DNA of 64,000 bases from Gekko japonicus (taxonomy: Eukaryota), in assembly GCF_001447785.1 (NCBI RefSeq), contig NW_015171648.1, positions 1-64,000 on the forward strand, in the 5' to 3' direction. The notes under the pieces were generated by a model. The model did no database searches. It saw only the letters and a program-made list of their open reading frames with translations, and was not told the DNA's origin. Positions 33,790 to 47,271 of this stretch are shown here, in pieces. Every line of letters starts with the position of its first letter. Position 1 is the first letter of the stretch. Position numbers and translations under genes: made by a program.

Positions 33790-35085
33790 TATTATCTTTT
33801 CAAAGTACTTTTGATTAGCAAAGCTTTACTAGCTTAGTGTATGTTGATCATTTCCATGTGGTTTTTACAAACTTTAAGTTGACATTTAACACCTATACTT
33901 AGTGCCTCCTTTTGCCTTTTGTGTTAACTGCTGAATTGAATTAAATTAAATTAAATTAATATTTCTTTAATGTATGACATTTCCCCTTTTCCTATATTAT
34001 ACTGCCGAAATATAATACCTCTCAAGAACACTTTACTTGAGTCCCAAATAGGTTTCTAACTGACATCAAAGATATTATTAAGGGCATAAAACTCTTTAAG
34101 TTGCTTTGTTATCTGTTTACATATTTCATCTTGTTTCAGTAACATGGTATTTAATTTCCATATATGTTGAATCAGAACCCCGTTTATATCGTCTAGTTCT
34201 GGGAATCGCCTCTCTAAACGTACTATTTTATCTTCCAAATCTCTTTTAGTGTCGTCTTTACAGATATGTTCAAAAATAGAAAATTTCTGTTGCTCCAGAG
34301 CAAACTAATTTATGCAGTATCCAAATCACTTGCTCACAGCTTCAATGCCAGTAGCTCAGAAAGTAGAATTTTTGCTCACAGGGCTCCACAGCTTAGAGGG
34401 AACATTGGTAGTAACGTATATTTAATATCCTCCAAAGTAGGCATGGTATTTCTACCATCAGATTTTGAATTTTTCTTGGAATGTCTCATATTCATTAGAT
34501 CAAGATGAGAAGAAATTAAGGTCTCAGTCTTAAAAATATTGCTTCTCTTTTTCCCAGTTCTATTTGGTATAATACCATATGTAGAACAGTAACACAAACA
34601 AAAGGAGGGGAAGAAGAAGAAAAGAACAGGAAAACAGAACACTAACAGGGAGGGCCCTCTGGAGGTCCCCTTCTGAAGGCCCATGAGTCAAGGCCTGGCC
34701 CTTAATGCAACGCCCTTCATGTGCCACTTACAGCGTGCATCAGTGATGTGTGCCACTAGCCAATCAGCTAGGGATGCCAGCCTCAAAGTGGGACCTGGGG
34801 ATTGCCCAAAATTACCGCTCTTACCCCCCCTTCTCTAGGAGTTTCCCAAACTGGAGCTGGCAACCCTAACCCCCCTACCCCCGTACCCCACCAGTGGTCA
34901 GGGGGAGCTGGCAACTTTTATCAATAGGTCTGAAAGCATGGATTATAACCAGTTAGGTCCAGGTGGTTCCTTTCACTCTTGTTCAAGCTCTTGCATCACT
35001 TCAAGGCGAGGGGTGTTGTCAAGTGAGATGCAGTCCAAGAAGAGAGCACCGTAAACAGCTGATTTCAAACTCTTGAGGTAGTTCT

Positions 35086-35805
35086 CATAAGAACATAAGA
35101 GATGCCAATGTTGGATCAGGCCAAAGGCCCATCCAGTCCAACACTCTGTGTCACACAGTGGCCAGAAATACCAGGTGCCATCAGGAGGTCCACCAGTGGG
35201 GCCAGGACATTAGAAGCCCTCCCACTGTTGCGCGCCCCCCCCCAAGCACCAAGAAGACAGAGCATCACTTGCCCCAGAGCCCCTATCTATACCTTGTGGC
35301 TAATAGCCACTGATGGACCTCTGCTCCATATGCTTATCTAATTCCCTTTTGAAGCCGTCCATGCTTGTAGCCATCACCACTTCCTGTGGCAGTGAATTCC
35401 ATGTGTTAATCACTCTTTGGGTGAAGAAGTACTTCCTTTTATCCGTTCTAACCCGACCGCTCAGCAATTTCATGGAGTGCCTACGAGTTCTTGTATTGTG
35501 AGGAAGGGAGAAAAGTACCTCTTTCTCTACCTGCTCTTTCCCATGCATAATCTTATAAACCTCAATCATGTCACCCCTCAGTCGTCGATTCTCCAAGCTA
35601 AAAAGCCCCAAGCGCTTTATCCTTTCCTCATAGGGAAATTCCAACCCTTTTATCATTTGAGTTGCCCTTTTCTGCACTTTTTCCAAAGCTATAATATTCT
35701 TTTTAAGGTGTGTTGACCAGAACTGCACACAATATTCCAAATGAGGTCGCACCATTGATTTATATAGGGGCATTATGATATTGGCTGATCTGTTTTCAAT
35801 TCTCA
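35086..35805 (-). mobile_element. CR1 LINE 3' fragment
   Basis: PLYKSMVRPHLEYCVQFWS..LEKVQKRAT..RLRGDMIEVYKI; tail reads CATAAGAACATAAGA on the plus strand. Confidence 0.92.
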
Positions 35806-36513
35806 TCAGAATACCGGCAAAAGTAGCCAACAGCAGTGTAAGATCTCAAAATGCAGTGTGCAGATTGTACCTCAGAGTAAATAGCAACAGCAACGATTAC
35901 TAGCTGGCAAGGCATCTCATGGTGAAATGGGCAGTCCAGCCTCCCCCAGTTGGCCACCCTAAAGCTTGTCATATTTTACTGAGCTTTTAGAATGATGCAT
36001 TGTACATATTCATCACATCAAATGGTATAAATTTACTATGACTCTCTCCCTTCCCCACAGTATATACACACACTGGTATATTCTTAGATGTATTAATAAT
36101 CTAAACGTGAACCTTTCCCTAAACATATTGGTTTCCAGCCTGGGGGAACTATTTGATCTGAGCCTACCAATGGAGGTGCAGGTCTCCTCTGTGGCATATA
36201 GGAGTTTTGGTCTGTTTGGCTGTTGTGCCAGCCTGTTTGGTCTGTTTTGGCTGTTGTGCCAGCTACACTTTGAGTTGCAATATTTGGCTATTTCACCAGT
36301 TATGAGCTCAGTTCCAGCTGATGGCCATTATAAAACACCACAGAGTCCGTGACCAGAGTATTTAAAGTAGAGGAAGTAGCTCATCTGTTAAAATCAGCAC
36401 CAGCTGCTCTGATCTGTGTCCTCAGAAACAAGGCCTTTTCTGTACCGTCACCTGCATTATAGAATTTCCTCCCCTCTTGTTATACAAATAAATAATGTAT
36501 TCTCCTGGCACCT

Positions 36514-37014
36514 TGGTTATTACTATTACTGGTGGCTTTGTTGTCAATATGGCGGGCTTTTAAACTGCTGGTTTATTTTTAATTTTAGTGCTCCGCCCCA
36601 AGTGTAGTTAGGTAATTTTTAATCTCTGGGCTCAGCCTGGGTTTTATGTGACTGTTATTATGTACCTTGACATATTTATGTCTATTTTATGTACCTATTT
36701 TACCCCCCTTTGGTATCCTCTTGGTCAAGACTTCGGTCATAAAGACCTGTAATAAATTGAAAAAAAAATTGAAAATTGAATTTTAGTGCAGCTGAATTGT
36801 TAACCACAGGTTGCTTTTTAATTATTTTTTTATTTGTAAACTACCTCTGAAATAGATTTTACATGGTTATTACTATTACTGGTGGCTTTGTTGTCAATAT
36901 GGCGGGCTTTTAAACTGCTGGTTTATTTTTAATTTTAGTGCAACTGAATTGTTAGCAACCGGTTGCTTTTTAATTATTTTTTTAGTTGTAAACTACCTCT
37001 GAAATAGATTTTAC
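36514..37014. repeat. ~150-bp tandem duplication; the first copy carries a short retroposon end (36592-36778)
   Basis: GGTTATTACTATTACTGG..TTTTACA twice; insertion has an A-rich tail and 11-bp TSD AATTTTAGTGC. Confidence 0.8.
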
Positions 37015-37824
37015 AATGAGTAAAAGATACGATTTTTAAAAATATTGAACTTTACCATATCTCAAAGCCTGTGGGGTATATTTATGTATTGCACTAGGAA
37101 ATACAACTTGGTTTCTACAAGCACAGACATGAGTTACTGGTTGATAATGGGAAGTGTCCTTCCCCAGTGCAAATCTTACCTTGCCCTTTTATGAGGTTAC
37201 GGGTCTTGAGGTAATAAAATATATAAAACAAACATGGGTATGGGGAAAAGATGGAGAAGAGAGGATAAGGTTTTTATACCCTACTTTTTTCTACCCTGGA
37301 GAGTCTCAAAGTGGTTTACAATTGCATTCCTTCCCCCTCCCTACAAAAGGCACCTTGTGAGGTAGGTAGGGTTGAGAGAGTTCTGAGAGAACTGTGACTT
37401 GCCCAAGGTCACCCAGCGGGCTTCCTGGGGAGGAGTGGGGAATCAAACCTGGTTCTCCAGATTAGAGTCTGCCACTCTTAACAGCGACATCACACTGACA
37501 CACAAGATGAAGTTTCAGCTGTTCAACAAGCATGTTAGGGTAAAATTCTAACTCTACAGTTGAAGACAGAGATGTAAATCCCATTTTTAGACTTTTTCTA
37601 ACAACCGCTGTCTTGAATCAGTTGTCCACTCTCAGGGAAAGTACACTTTTTTGAGGGGGGAAACATGAGTAAGGGAGTCCCAAGGGCCTATAGGAGCCAA
37701 TCTACTGAAGTGTAAGTTAGAAGAATATGCATTATGAATGATTACAAACAATGCAAGCTCTCCTTACACAAGATAGTTCCCGTTCAGTCATGAGGCAATT
37801 TAGAGATGTCATATTATTGTTGAA

Positions 37825-37849
37825 ACACAAGGTGGTGCAATTGCACCAC
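37825..37849 (+). promoter_or_regulatory. CSE/CTCF-like element of B2 with palindrome
   Basis: ACACAAGGTGGTGCAATTGCACCAC, 272 bp upstream of ATG. Confidence 0.7.
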
Positions 37850-38096
37850 ACAAAATGCATTTTCAGGGAATATCAGTTTCCATCTTCACATAGAAGGGAG
37901 TAAACAGCCTTCATTGCAGGCAGAGAGTTAGCCATTTCAGGAGAAAAAAGCCACGGTTCTCTGTAACCGAAAGCAAGGACAGCAAAACCCCCCCAAAAAA
38001 ATTGCCTTGGAATCAAAAGACAGACAATCACTTCCAGCAACTGCTTTACCAAGAACTATTCTGTGCATTGGATGTGCCTGGAAGGAGGCTGAGACG

Positions 38097-40580
38097 ATGG
38101 AGATGCATCCCAACAACTGGCAAGGTTGGTCCTTTTTCTTCTATCTCTGCATGTGTGGGGCAATATGTGAGTCCTTCCATTACTCAGTGCCTGAGGAAAA
38201 GAAGAGCGGGTCTCTGGTGGCAAATGTGCTAAAGGATTTGAAAGTGGATGTGAAGGAGCTCTCTGCTCGCAGGGCTCAGCTGGTTTCTGAAGGCACCAGG
38301 CAATATTTCCAGTTGGACCTTCATTCTGGGAATGTGCTATTAGATGATAGACTAGACAGAGAAGCTCTGTGTGGCCACAAGGATCCTTGCATCGTACTCT
38401 CTGAAATTGTGCTTGAAAACCCACTGCAAGTCCACAGAATTGAAGTTCAAATAGAGGATGTGAATGACAATTCCCCCAAATTCTCTAAAAAGGAATATCT
38501 TTTTCAAATACCTGAGCACACTGCAACAAATACCAAGTTCCCTATAGAGAGTGCTGAAGATTCAGACAGAGGTGAAAACGCTGTTCAGAATTACACACTT
38601 AGTCCAGATGACCATTTTCAACTGGATGTGCAAAGCCACAGTGATGGAACCAGATCTGCAGAGTTAGTATTGAAGAAGCAGTTAGACCGGGAAGAGGAAA
38701 GACGTCTTTCCCTGACTCTGTTGGCCGTTGATGGAGGAATCCCACAGAGAACAGGCACGGCACAAATTATCATTGAAGTTTTGGATTCAAATGATAATGC
38801 TCCTCATTTCGATAAAAACGTATACAGAGTTAAACTCACGGAAAACAGTCCACTAGGCTCATTTGTAACAAAAGTGGAAGCAACGGACCGAGATTTTGGT
38901 TCCAATGCAGAGATCAGTTACTCTTTCAGCCAGGTGCCAGATGATGTACAAAGAGTATTCAACTTAAACAAACATACTGGGGAACTTACTGTAGCAGAGA
39001 ACGTTGATTATGAAATAAACCAAAATTATGCAGTAAACATCAAAGCCACGGACGGAGGGGGACTCTCTGCTTACTGCAAAGTCATAGTGGAGATTGAGGA
39101 CAGAAATGACAATGCCCCAGAGGTGACCCTCACATCCCTCACCAGCCCCTTACCAGAAGACTCTCCCCTGGATACGGTGTTGGCCCTCTTCCGTGTCATG
39201 GATAAGGACTCTGGAGACAATGGCAGAACTGCCTGCACCACTGAACCAAACTTTCCCTTCATGTTAACAGCCTCTGTGAATAATTATTACCAGTTGGTGA
39301 CCCAGCAACCCTTAGACAGAGAAAAAGTCTCAGAGTACAACATCACCATCATAGCCACGGACTGGGGCTCACCGAGGCTAACTTCAATGAGAATAATTAA
39401 TATTCAGATCTCAGATGTCAATGACAACTCTCCAGTATTTGAAAAGTCATTTTATAATATGCAGTTAGGGGAAAATAATATTCCAGGTCTGATGATTGGC
39501 TTGATCCAAGCCAAGGATCTGGACACGGAGCAGAATGCCAAAGTGACCTATTCTGTTTTGCCTGGGAAGGTCATTGATCAACCTGTGTCCTCTTATGTCT
39601 CCATCAACTCTGAAACTGGGAATCTCTATGCTATCCAATCTCTGGACTATGAGCAGGTGAAAGATTTCCAAGTGATTGTGAGGGCTGTGGACAATGGGTC
39701 TCCACCCCTGAGTTCCCAAGTTATTGTCCAACTTCTTATTATAGATGAAAATGATAATGCCCCATTTATCCTGTATCCTCTTCAGAATGGCACCTCCCCA
39801 TCCAATGACCTGGTTCCGAGGGGGGCAGAGGCTGGCTACCTGGTCACCAAGGTGGTGGCAGTGGACAGAGATTCCGGTCAGAACTCGTGGCTTTCCTATG
39901 CGCTCCTGAAGGCCACAGAACCGGGTCTGTTCAGTGTGGGGGGCCAGAATGGAGAAGTGAAAACCATGAGGCCCATTAACAAACGAGACACTTTCAAACA
40001 GAAACTTATCATTGGAGTCAGAGATAATGGGCATCCTCCCCAGTCCACCTCTGCAACACTAAGTATTCTGCTAGTGGATGGCTTTTCTGACCCTTATATG
40101 AAAATGGTGGATATCCCAAAGGATGAAGTGGTGGAGGGGGAAGACCGTACCCTGACGATGTATCTGGTTATATGCTTGGCTGCCATCTCCTTCATTTTTC
40201 TGGTTTCTGTGTTGGTGTTTGTTGCCATCAAGATTCAGAAAAGGAGGAAGTTCGTAGAGAGCTCCGCCCTGAATTTCCCAGTGGGACCGAATTTCCCTGA
40301 GAACTGTGGAGATGCTGATGCTGGGTCACTCTCCCGGGCTTACAACTATGAGGTGTGCTTAGCTGGAGGGTCTCTGAACAGCGAGTTCAGGTTTCTCAGG
40401 CCTCTCTTTCCTGTGTTTTCTGTGGAGCCTGCTCAGTCCCAGGGGGCTCCAAGGAGTTCAGCAGTTTCCCAAGATCTTCCCAGTCATGAAGCAGAAAGTC
40501 GGCTTGGGAGTCAGGTGAGAATGTACCTTGCATTCTATCTAATGGTTAAACATTTTCCAATGGAATTTTATAATATTTGA
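38097..40580 (+). CDS. PCDHB: Protocadherin beta-like large exon B2
   Basis: ATG (MEMHPNN) equivalent to B1/B3; 6 EC, TM; donor CAG|GTGAGA after 40514. Confidence 0.95.
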   Translation: MEMHPNNWQGWSFFFYLCMCGAICESFHYSVPEEKKSGSLVANVLKDLKVDVKELSARRAQLVSEGTRQYFQLDLHSGNVLLDDRLDREALCGHKDPCIVLSEIVLENPLQVHRIEVQIEDVNDNSPKFSKKEYLFQIPEHTATNTKFPIESAEDSDRGENAVQNYTLSPDDHFQLDVQSHSDGTRSAELVLKKQLDREEERRLSLTLLAVDGGIPQRTGTAQIIIEVLDSNDNAPHFDKNVYRVKLTENSPLGSFVTKVEATDRDFGSNAEISYSFSQVPDDVQRVFNLNKHTGELTVAENVDYEINQNYAVNIKATDGGGLSAYCKVIVEIEDRNDNAPEVTLTSLTSPLPEDSPLDTVLALFRVMDKDSGDNGRTACTTEPNFPFMLTASVNNYYQLVTQQPLDREKVSEYNITIIATDWGSPRLTSMRIINIQISDVNDNSPVFEKSFYNMQLGENNIPGLMIGLIQAKDLDTEQNAKVTYSVLPGKVIDQPVSSYVSINSETGNLYAIQSLDYEQVKDFQVIVRAVDNGSPPLSSQVIVQLLIIDENDNAPFILYPLQNGTSPSNDLVPRGAEAGYLVTKVVAVDRDSGQNSWLSYALLKATEPGLFSVGGQNGEVKTMRPINKRDTFKQKLIIGVRDNGHPPQSTSATLSILLVDGFSDPYMKMVDIPKDEVVEGEDRTLTMYLVICLAAISFIFLVSVLVFVAIKIQKRRKFVESSALNFPVGPNFPENCGDADAGSLSRAYNYEVCLAGGSLNSEFRFLRPLFPVFSVEPAQSQGAPRSSAVSQDLPSHEAESRLGSQVRMYLAFYLMVKHFPMEFYNI

Positions 40581-41014
40581 ATCTGTAACTAAATTTTCTT
40601 AGCCACTATCTAGTTGGTTTTCCAGTGGGAATTCAGCACAGCTGTTCTGAAAACGTTTTCAATGAGAGTATTAAAAACTATTTTTCTAGGAGGGAAAATA
40701 ATAATTATATTGTTGACGTATTTCATCTAGTGCAGTTTTACAAAATAATAGGCTTATCCTCCTAACTGTATCCGGCTCTGAGCTGCATTTATTTTTTCAT
40801 AAAAATAAAAAGTGGGGGAATTGGAGAACGTATTTGTGGGAACCCAGAGTTTTGCTTTGAAGCTACTATCACAAGAAGTAGATTGAATGAAAAAAGATGG
40901 AGGGTTGGTTAAAGAGTGGAACTCATTTATTCTTATAGAACCCAATCCATTCCCCTTCAGCAAAGGTGGCCGCTCAACAAATATCTCAAGTTTTCAGTTC
41001 TGAGTGGAGATAAT

Positions 41015-41452
41015 TGAGCTTGGGAAAGGCTGGTAACATTGATGATATCTTCAGAAAAGACATATTTTTTTTCCTTTTACTCTGGCATGATGTGCATCTT
41101 AATTTCCTATTCGGTGCCTGAAGATAGGAAAAGTGGATCTCTGGTTAACGTGCTGAAGATTGATAATTGGGACTAGAATTCTGCTTGCAGAGCCCAGCTT
41201 GTTTCAACAAGCTCAGTGGAGTATTTCTATATCGATAACTCCTTTTGTAATGGAGAAAATTGCCTGAGAATCTTTGTTTACTAGTCTCAGATTAATGTTT
41301 TGGACAATAACTTCTTTTAGCTTGCACTATTTGAGTATGAAGTGAGGTCAAGGGGAAACAGCCCTCAAGCATTCTGATCAGAAGCCAGAGATCGGGATTT
41401 TGGTTTAAATGTGGCAATCAGCTATTAGTTCCAGGGTGCTCTTGAGAAAATA
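41015..41452 (+). pseudogene. Degenerate, internally deleted A-type protocadherin relic
   Basis: GGCTGGTAACATTGATGATATCTTCAG resembles the A1 start GGCTGGCACCATGGGTGATATCTTCAG; YSVPEDRKSGSLV-NVLK, RAQLVS, then a jump to INVLDN..ARDRDFG; stops and frameshifts. Confidence 0.85.
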
Positions 41453-41689
41453 AAAGGACAATCCTTAACTCAGTCTTCAATCAGTTTTGGATGGTAGTTA
41501 AGCCCACAGTTATAACTCAGAATAATATCTGCAGAGCTACTTGCACTACTTTCACTGCAGAGCTCTTCCCAGTCACACCTGCGTGCTCCTTCTAGGGGAG
41601 AGTACTGTTTGATCCCTGTCTCAATGTTTTCAACTTATGGGGAGCGGTGGCCTGACATCAGTGTGTGTGTGTGTGTGTAGCTGCATGCA

Positions 41690-42549
41690 CTGGTCGGCTA
41701 CTTTTTAAACTTTAAATTGAGTAAAGGAGTCAAGCAAGGATGTATCCTAGCTCCGTTGCTATTAGCTTGCATCTCAATGGTTTAAGTTCTCATATTTCTG
41801 GACATGAATTTCACCCACCTTGCCTGGCTCATGTTAAATTACCCCGTCTCTTATATGTAGACGATACTGCTCTTCTGTCAAGAACTGTGGTTGGCCTACG
41901 TAAGCTTATAGGTTCCTTTTCAGAGTATTGTTCCAGTGAGGGCTTAGCTGTTAATGTTACTAAGTCAAAAGTTCTTCTTTTCAGTAAAAAACAAAAACAA
42001 AGCATAAAGAAGTATGACGGGTCAGTAGCAGATCAGCCCATTGAGCAAGTGGAACATTTTGAATATCTAAGAGTTAATTTTCAAGCAAGCCTTTCATAGA
42101 AGGCGCACTTGAACTCTCTTGTAAGAGCTGCTATAAATACTGGGAAGGCCATCTCAAGATTTTATTACTCTTCTGGTGGTCAATATGTTCCTGTGGCAGT
42201 TAAAGCTGTACACTTGGTGGAAAAGGACAACCATCTCAGATAGGAGTGTACTGTTCTTCAGTCAAAGGTGTACAATAGCTACGCTCCCCTGCTAGAACCT
42301 CCAAAAAAGCTCAAGGTATTTAATGCTAAAGTCACCAGGCAGATGCTATATGCTGCCAGGGTTTGGATCAGAGCAGTAACAGACAACATCGAGAGACCAA
42401 TGTTAAGATTCCTATATAATATTTTGAGAATGGGGGGGATAGCTCTGAGAGCCGAAGTTGGGGAGATGTACTTTGAAGCAAAGGCCTGGGGCAGAGCATT
42501 CAATCTGAAAATCAGGATCCTAAAAGCAAATCCAGACATCTTTCCCTGA
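41690..42549 (+). mobile_element. Degenerate RTE-X-like LINE RT fragment
   Basis: GVKQGC; LPRLLYVDDTALLS..GLAVNVTKSKV; LRAEVGEMYFEAKAW. Confidence 0.75.
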
Positions 42550-45443
42550 GTACCAGTTCCTTGTATATTTGGTCCAGAACTGGTCTGTATTGCCAAACCT
42601 TCTGTACATATATTAAACATGCTGTGTCCTGATATACCAGGAGCTATACCAATTTTGTCCTTGCAGTCAGTACACTATGAATTAAATCTATTTAATTTCT
42701 AAACCACTGATAAAATTCAAATTTTAGCATAATCGCTCTTAAGGAATTCTACTCAATCCTATCAAATGCTTTCTCAGTGTCTGTAAAGCAGAATTTTTCA
42801 GTACAAATGGAAAAAGTCTTCTGATGGACTCAAAGTTAGGCTCAGCAGACCAAGCTATTTTTTTAACAAAAAAGAAAATAGCTCTTTTTTCCTGAAACCA
42901 ATTCCAAATTTATCAATTACACATGTTGAGACTTATTTAGACATTCTGTATGTGTTTATTTTTCCCTAAATAAAATGTGGAGAGGGCGAGAGGGCTGGGA
43001 GCATCTAAGCCATGTGTTGACAAATTATCTTTGGCTCTAGGAGCCAGTCCAAATATTTAAGAGCCAGACTCTTATTTCCGCTTTTAGGGTTTCGTATTCT
43101 AATGACCGTATTTATGCATTATTGTTACAACAAATCCTAATTCTAGCCTCTACATGGTTTCTCATAATATTATTAAAATTTATTAAAAGTGTTGTAGTGT
43201 CTAAATAAATATAGACATAACCCTGGCTGTCATCATGACAATGAAAACTGAACCTTTAATCCTACCCAAACCTATCTCCAATTTCTCATAATTTCATTAT
43301 TTGCTTTATAAAGCTCCATTTAATTGGAAACTGGAGCCAGTACAGAAAGCAAGTGGTTAAGGAACAGATTCATCAACCACCATTGAGTAGTATAAAGGTA
43401 AGTTTTCATATAAACAAGAAGTGGCAAAGACTTTATACACATTTATTTTTATATTATTCAATCAAACATTTAGATGCAAAATTATAAGTTTGAGATGGAG
43501 CCAGCCAACTTAGCTTTTTGGTGGTAAAAGGTGAACCCTTCATTCCTTATTCACAAGTAGAAAAACTGGTTGGATGTAATAGTCAGAAGCCCATTTCATG
43601 TTTTATATTAGTTCCAGAGTACCAAAATCTGGAGGAGTTCCAGTCCAGGTTTTACTTATTGCTCTGGGTAAGCGAGTCTAGGTAAGCTGCTGTGAAGAAA
43701 TTTGTTAGGCCATGTGTTCCTTTCTTTCATTTGTTTACGAAAACATTCTAGCTGAATGATTGCAGTATCCTTCAGGATCCACCCCTTTATACTGAGAGAT
43801 GCAACAATAAAATCACTGTTGAAAACACTAGGTGGCACAGTGAAATTTCTAGGTGCCATGGTGAACTGAGCCTGAAATTGGCAAGCTCTCATCTAGCCAT
43901 TGGGACAAGTGTTCACATTTTACAGGATACCCGGGCACTTGGGGGCTGTTCTTGGGGAACAGTTGGGAAACAGATAGAGGCATAGATGGTTCTGGGAAAC
44001 AGGTAGGGATGGAGGCAGGCAGAGTGGACATTTTGTATTGGAAGTGGTAACAAAGATGCTACCATAGGTTTATACTGGGAAACGGTTGACAGGTATATGA
44101 TGTGATTTAGTTTGGAAGGGTGCGAGATACCCAAGGGTGGGTGCTGTTGTGGGAAGTGGATATTGTGTTGCTGCAGATGTGTACATAGAGGGAAAAGGGT
44201 AGGAGATGAGTGATGCTCACAAGCAAGGTTTGAGGACAAGGGATGCAGTAAATTCTGTATTTATATATGTTTTCTCTTTGGGTGGGGACAACATACGATT
44301 CAGAACCTGGAGAAGTTTATATATAACTCTGTAGGGGTTTATTCTCACAAGACACTCTTCTGCCTCTCTTTTTTAAATGACAACAGCTCATCCATTTTTC
44401 ATATGATTTCTCTGAAATTTGAAATTCCCAACCTCATAACCTAAGGGAATTTCCATCTGGAATTTCAATTGCAGGACAAATCATCTCAGTTTTTATATGG
44501 AACTGATTTTGAGGTTTTAACAAAGAATACAAGATAATTACAGAGATGTCCTTGTGGCTCTGTGATTTAAAAAAGTCATCAGGTTAAGGCGGAACAGTAA
44601 AGCATTGGGGAACTGGAGAGAAGTTCAACAAATGAGCTGAAATGAGCAATAAAACTGGATCCTGAACGGACTTTCATTCCAGGGTTTGTTGCCGCTTTCC
44701 ACAGGCAGTGGTAGGGACGGTGGCTTCCAGAAGACAGAAGATAGGGACCCTTTAAATGCTTTGGATGAGAAGCAGAGGCTGCATGCCTGCACTCCAAGCC
44801 ATGAATCCGCAGCTTGGAGGGCAGGTGCGTGCGGGGCCTCCCCCCGTTTTTCTCCCAAAGTCGTGGGGCCTTGGGAGGAAGTTGGGAGGCTGGGCCCCCC
44901 AGGAGGCCCCACTGTAGCTATGGGCTTGCTCTCCTCATACTCTATTCGCATTCACACACTGCCTGACAAAAACATCTAGACCACTGGAGATCTATGCATA
45001 CCTCCCAAGCTCTATAAATTCCAGCCTGGTGTTTCTGTTCCAGAGTTCCAAAATCTGAAACTGGTGAAACTGGTGTGGTATAGTTATTAGTGTTGCCTCC
45101 AGAGCAGTTTGTTAACTTCAGCAGAGTCCTACAATGAAGCAGGATGAGGGAAAGGTAAAAGCTCACCTACCATGAATGGGAAAAGACTTGCCATAGTCAC
45201 TTCAACAGAGGGAGGCCCAGGACATAGTAACAATCCAAGAGTGATTGAGATTCCTATAAATGTAACCATGACATTGGGGTCCATTACTTGATGTTGGGTA
45301 GCCACCAAAACCATCATTTGCATTCAGTTGGTAAGTCCTTCTGGAATCAACCATCTATAGCTAATTTGATGGTTTTGCAAGAGCTAGGTTAATCCTTTGT
45401 ATGCCTTCCGCTTCATCCGAATTTCAAATGGGACGTCTTCAAT

Positions 45444-45672
45444 AAAGGTAAAGGTTCCCTTGCTCAAAAGCCAGTCGAATCCAACTCTAGGGTTGCGGTG
45501 CTCATCTCCATTTCAAAGCCGAAGAGCCAGCGCTGTCCAAAGACGTTTCCATGGTCATGTGGCCGGCATGACTAAACACCAAGGCGCACGGAACGCTGTT
45601 ACCTTCCCACTGAAGTGGTACCTATTTATCTACTTGCAATTTCTTGCTTTCGAATTGCTAGGTTGACAGGAG
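45444..45672 (-). mobile_element. Sauria SINE, 5'-truncated
   Basis: Matches the tail and core of the 7459 copy. Confidence 0.85.
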
Positions 45673-46959
45673 TTATATTTTCAATACTTGGGCCCAATTT
45701 TATTTACCTCATTTGGATCATGTTGTTTTTGTTCTACAGCAATCTTGTTTATTATTATTATTTCATCAGTTGGGGCTCTCTGCCATACTTGGTTTTCATT
45801 TCCGTTGGTTTAAATGAGAAACTGGTGTGGTATAGTTATTAGTGTTGGACTACGATTTAGGAGACCTAGGTTGGAATCCCCATTCTGCTGTGGAGGTATT
45901 TTGGGGTGACCTTGGGACAGTCACATTCCCAGCCTAATCTACCTCACAGGTTTGTTGTGAGGATAAAATCAAGGGGAAGAGAGGAGAATCATATAAGCAG
46001 TTTTGGGGACCTATTCGGGAGAAAGGTAAGGATGAAGTAAGTAAACAAATACCTTTAACATTTTTTTCTCTCGCCGGCCTTTCTAAATATGGATGAAATT
46101 CTGCTTTCCTTCACAAGTTTCAGACAAAGAGAGGAAATTATTCCTATTTTGTAGGTAGTTAAATTGCTGTCTTGCAGGGAAGCCATATGATAGTTTCCCC
46201 TGAATTCTGAAGGTTTTTTTGGGGTTCTCTTTCTAGAAAAATGGAGAGCACATTTGAGGGGAACTAACCTCTTTCTCTCTTGCGCATTGTTTTAGTGTAC
46301 TTTGGTGCTATTTTTCTCCCAGCCAGGCTTTTAATACCAAAAGTGACCAGGCTGGGGGGGAAAACTTCAAGTACTGGAGTAAGGCTCAAGTGAAGCCTCG
46401 CTTAGCTCCCATCATTTGTCTTCTTGGTTTTTGCTTAAAAATAGAATGCCCATTTCTTTACACAAACACCTATTCCTCGTTTGCCTCAAACTGCCTTATA
46501 CTAAATCAGTTCATCAAGTCCAGTATTGTTTTCCCAGACAGGTAGTGGTTGTCCAGCATCTCAGGGTTTTTACACATCACCTACTGCCTGGTCCTTTTAG
46601 CTGGAGATCCCCAGGACCTTCTGCAGGCAAAGCAGAGGCTCTTCCACTGAGCCAAAGCCCCTCCCCTAATTCTACTTCTAAAGCATAAATGAAACCATTT
46701 CAAAGCCAATCAGATGGTGCAGTGATTGAGGTAAAGTGGAAATGCTGTGTACATCTATTGAGATGTTGCTCTTCAATGGAAGTATCCATTAACTTTTGAT
46801 GTGGGAAAATGCCCCTGCTGATTAAACCTCACCTCAGAACTGACCCTACTGCTTCTGTACATGAAAGGTAGACAACCATTTCTAAAGAATGTCAGAAATG
46901 ATTGCAAGTTGTTAATGTTTAGTTATCAGATTTGGTCTATTAACAATATTAAAGCATTT

Positions 46960-47271
46960 TTTGTTGCTCAGTCGCACAGTCGAGTCCGACTCTTTGCGCC
47001 CCCATGGACCAGATCACACCAGGCCTTCCGGTCTTCTGGCGTCCTCTGAAGTTTGCTCAATTTCATGTTCGTTGCATCTATGACACTGTCTAACCATCTC
47101 ATCCTTTGCCGTCCCCGTCTTCTTTGACCTTCAGTCTTTCCCAGCATCATTCTCCAGTGAGTGCTCCCTTCTCATTTGGTGGCCAAAGTATTTGAGCTTC
47201 AGTTTCATTATCTGGCCTTCCAGGGAACAGTCAGGGTTGATTTTCTTTTAGGATTGACTGATTTGATCTTC
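46960..47271 (-). mobile_element. Bov-B (RTE) LINE 3' fragment
   Basis: LKLKYFGH..MLGKTEGQRRRGRQRMRWLDSV..VHGGAKSRTRL. Confidence 0.9.

Noticed and set aside
34056-34238. Coiled-coil-like minus-strand ORF, possibly an L1 ORF1 remnant
   Set aside because: No diagnostic motif; cannot be supported without a search.
38007-38096. N-terminal extensions in the ORF track (3355, 18985, 38007, 47960)
   Set aside because: They start at GTG/TTG; paralogs and signal peptides support the downstream ATGs.
44577-44968. Possible solo LTR ending CCTGACA
   Set aside because: Left terminus and TSD not convincing.
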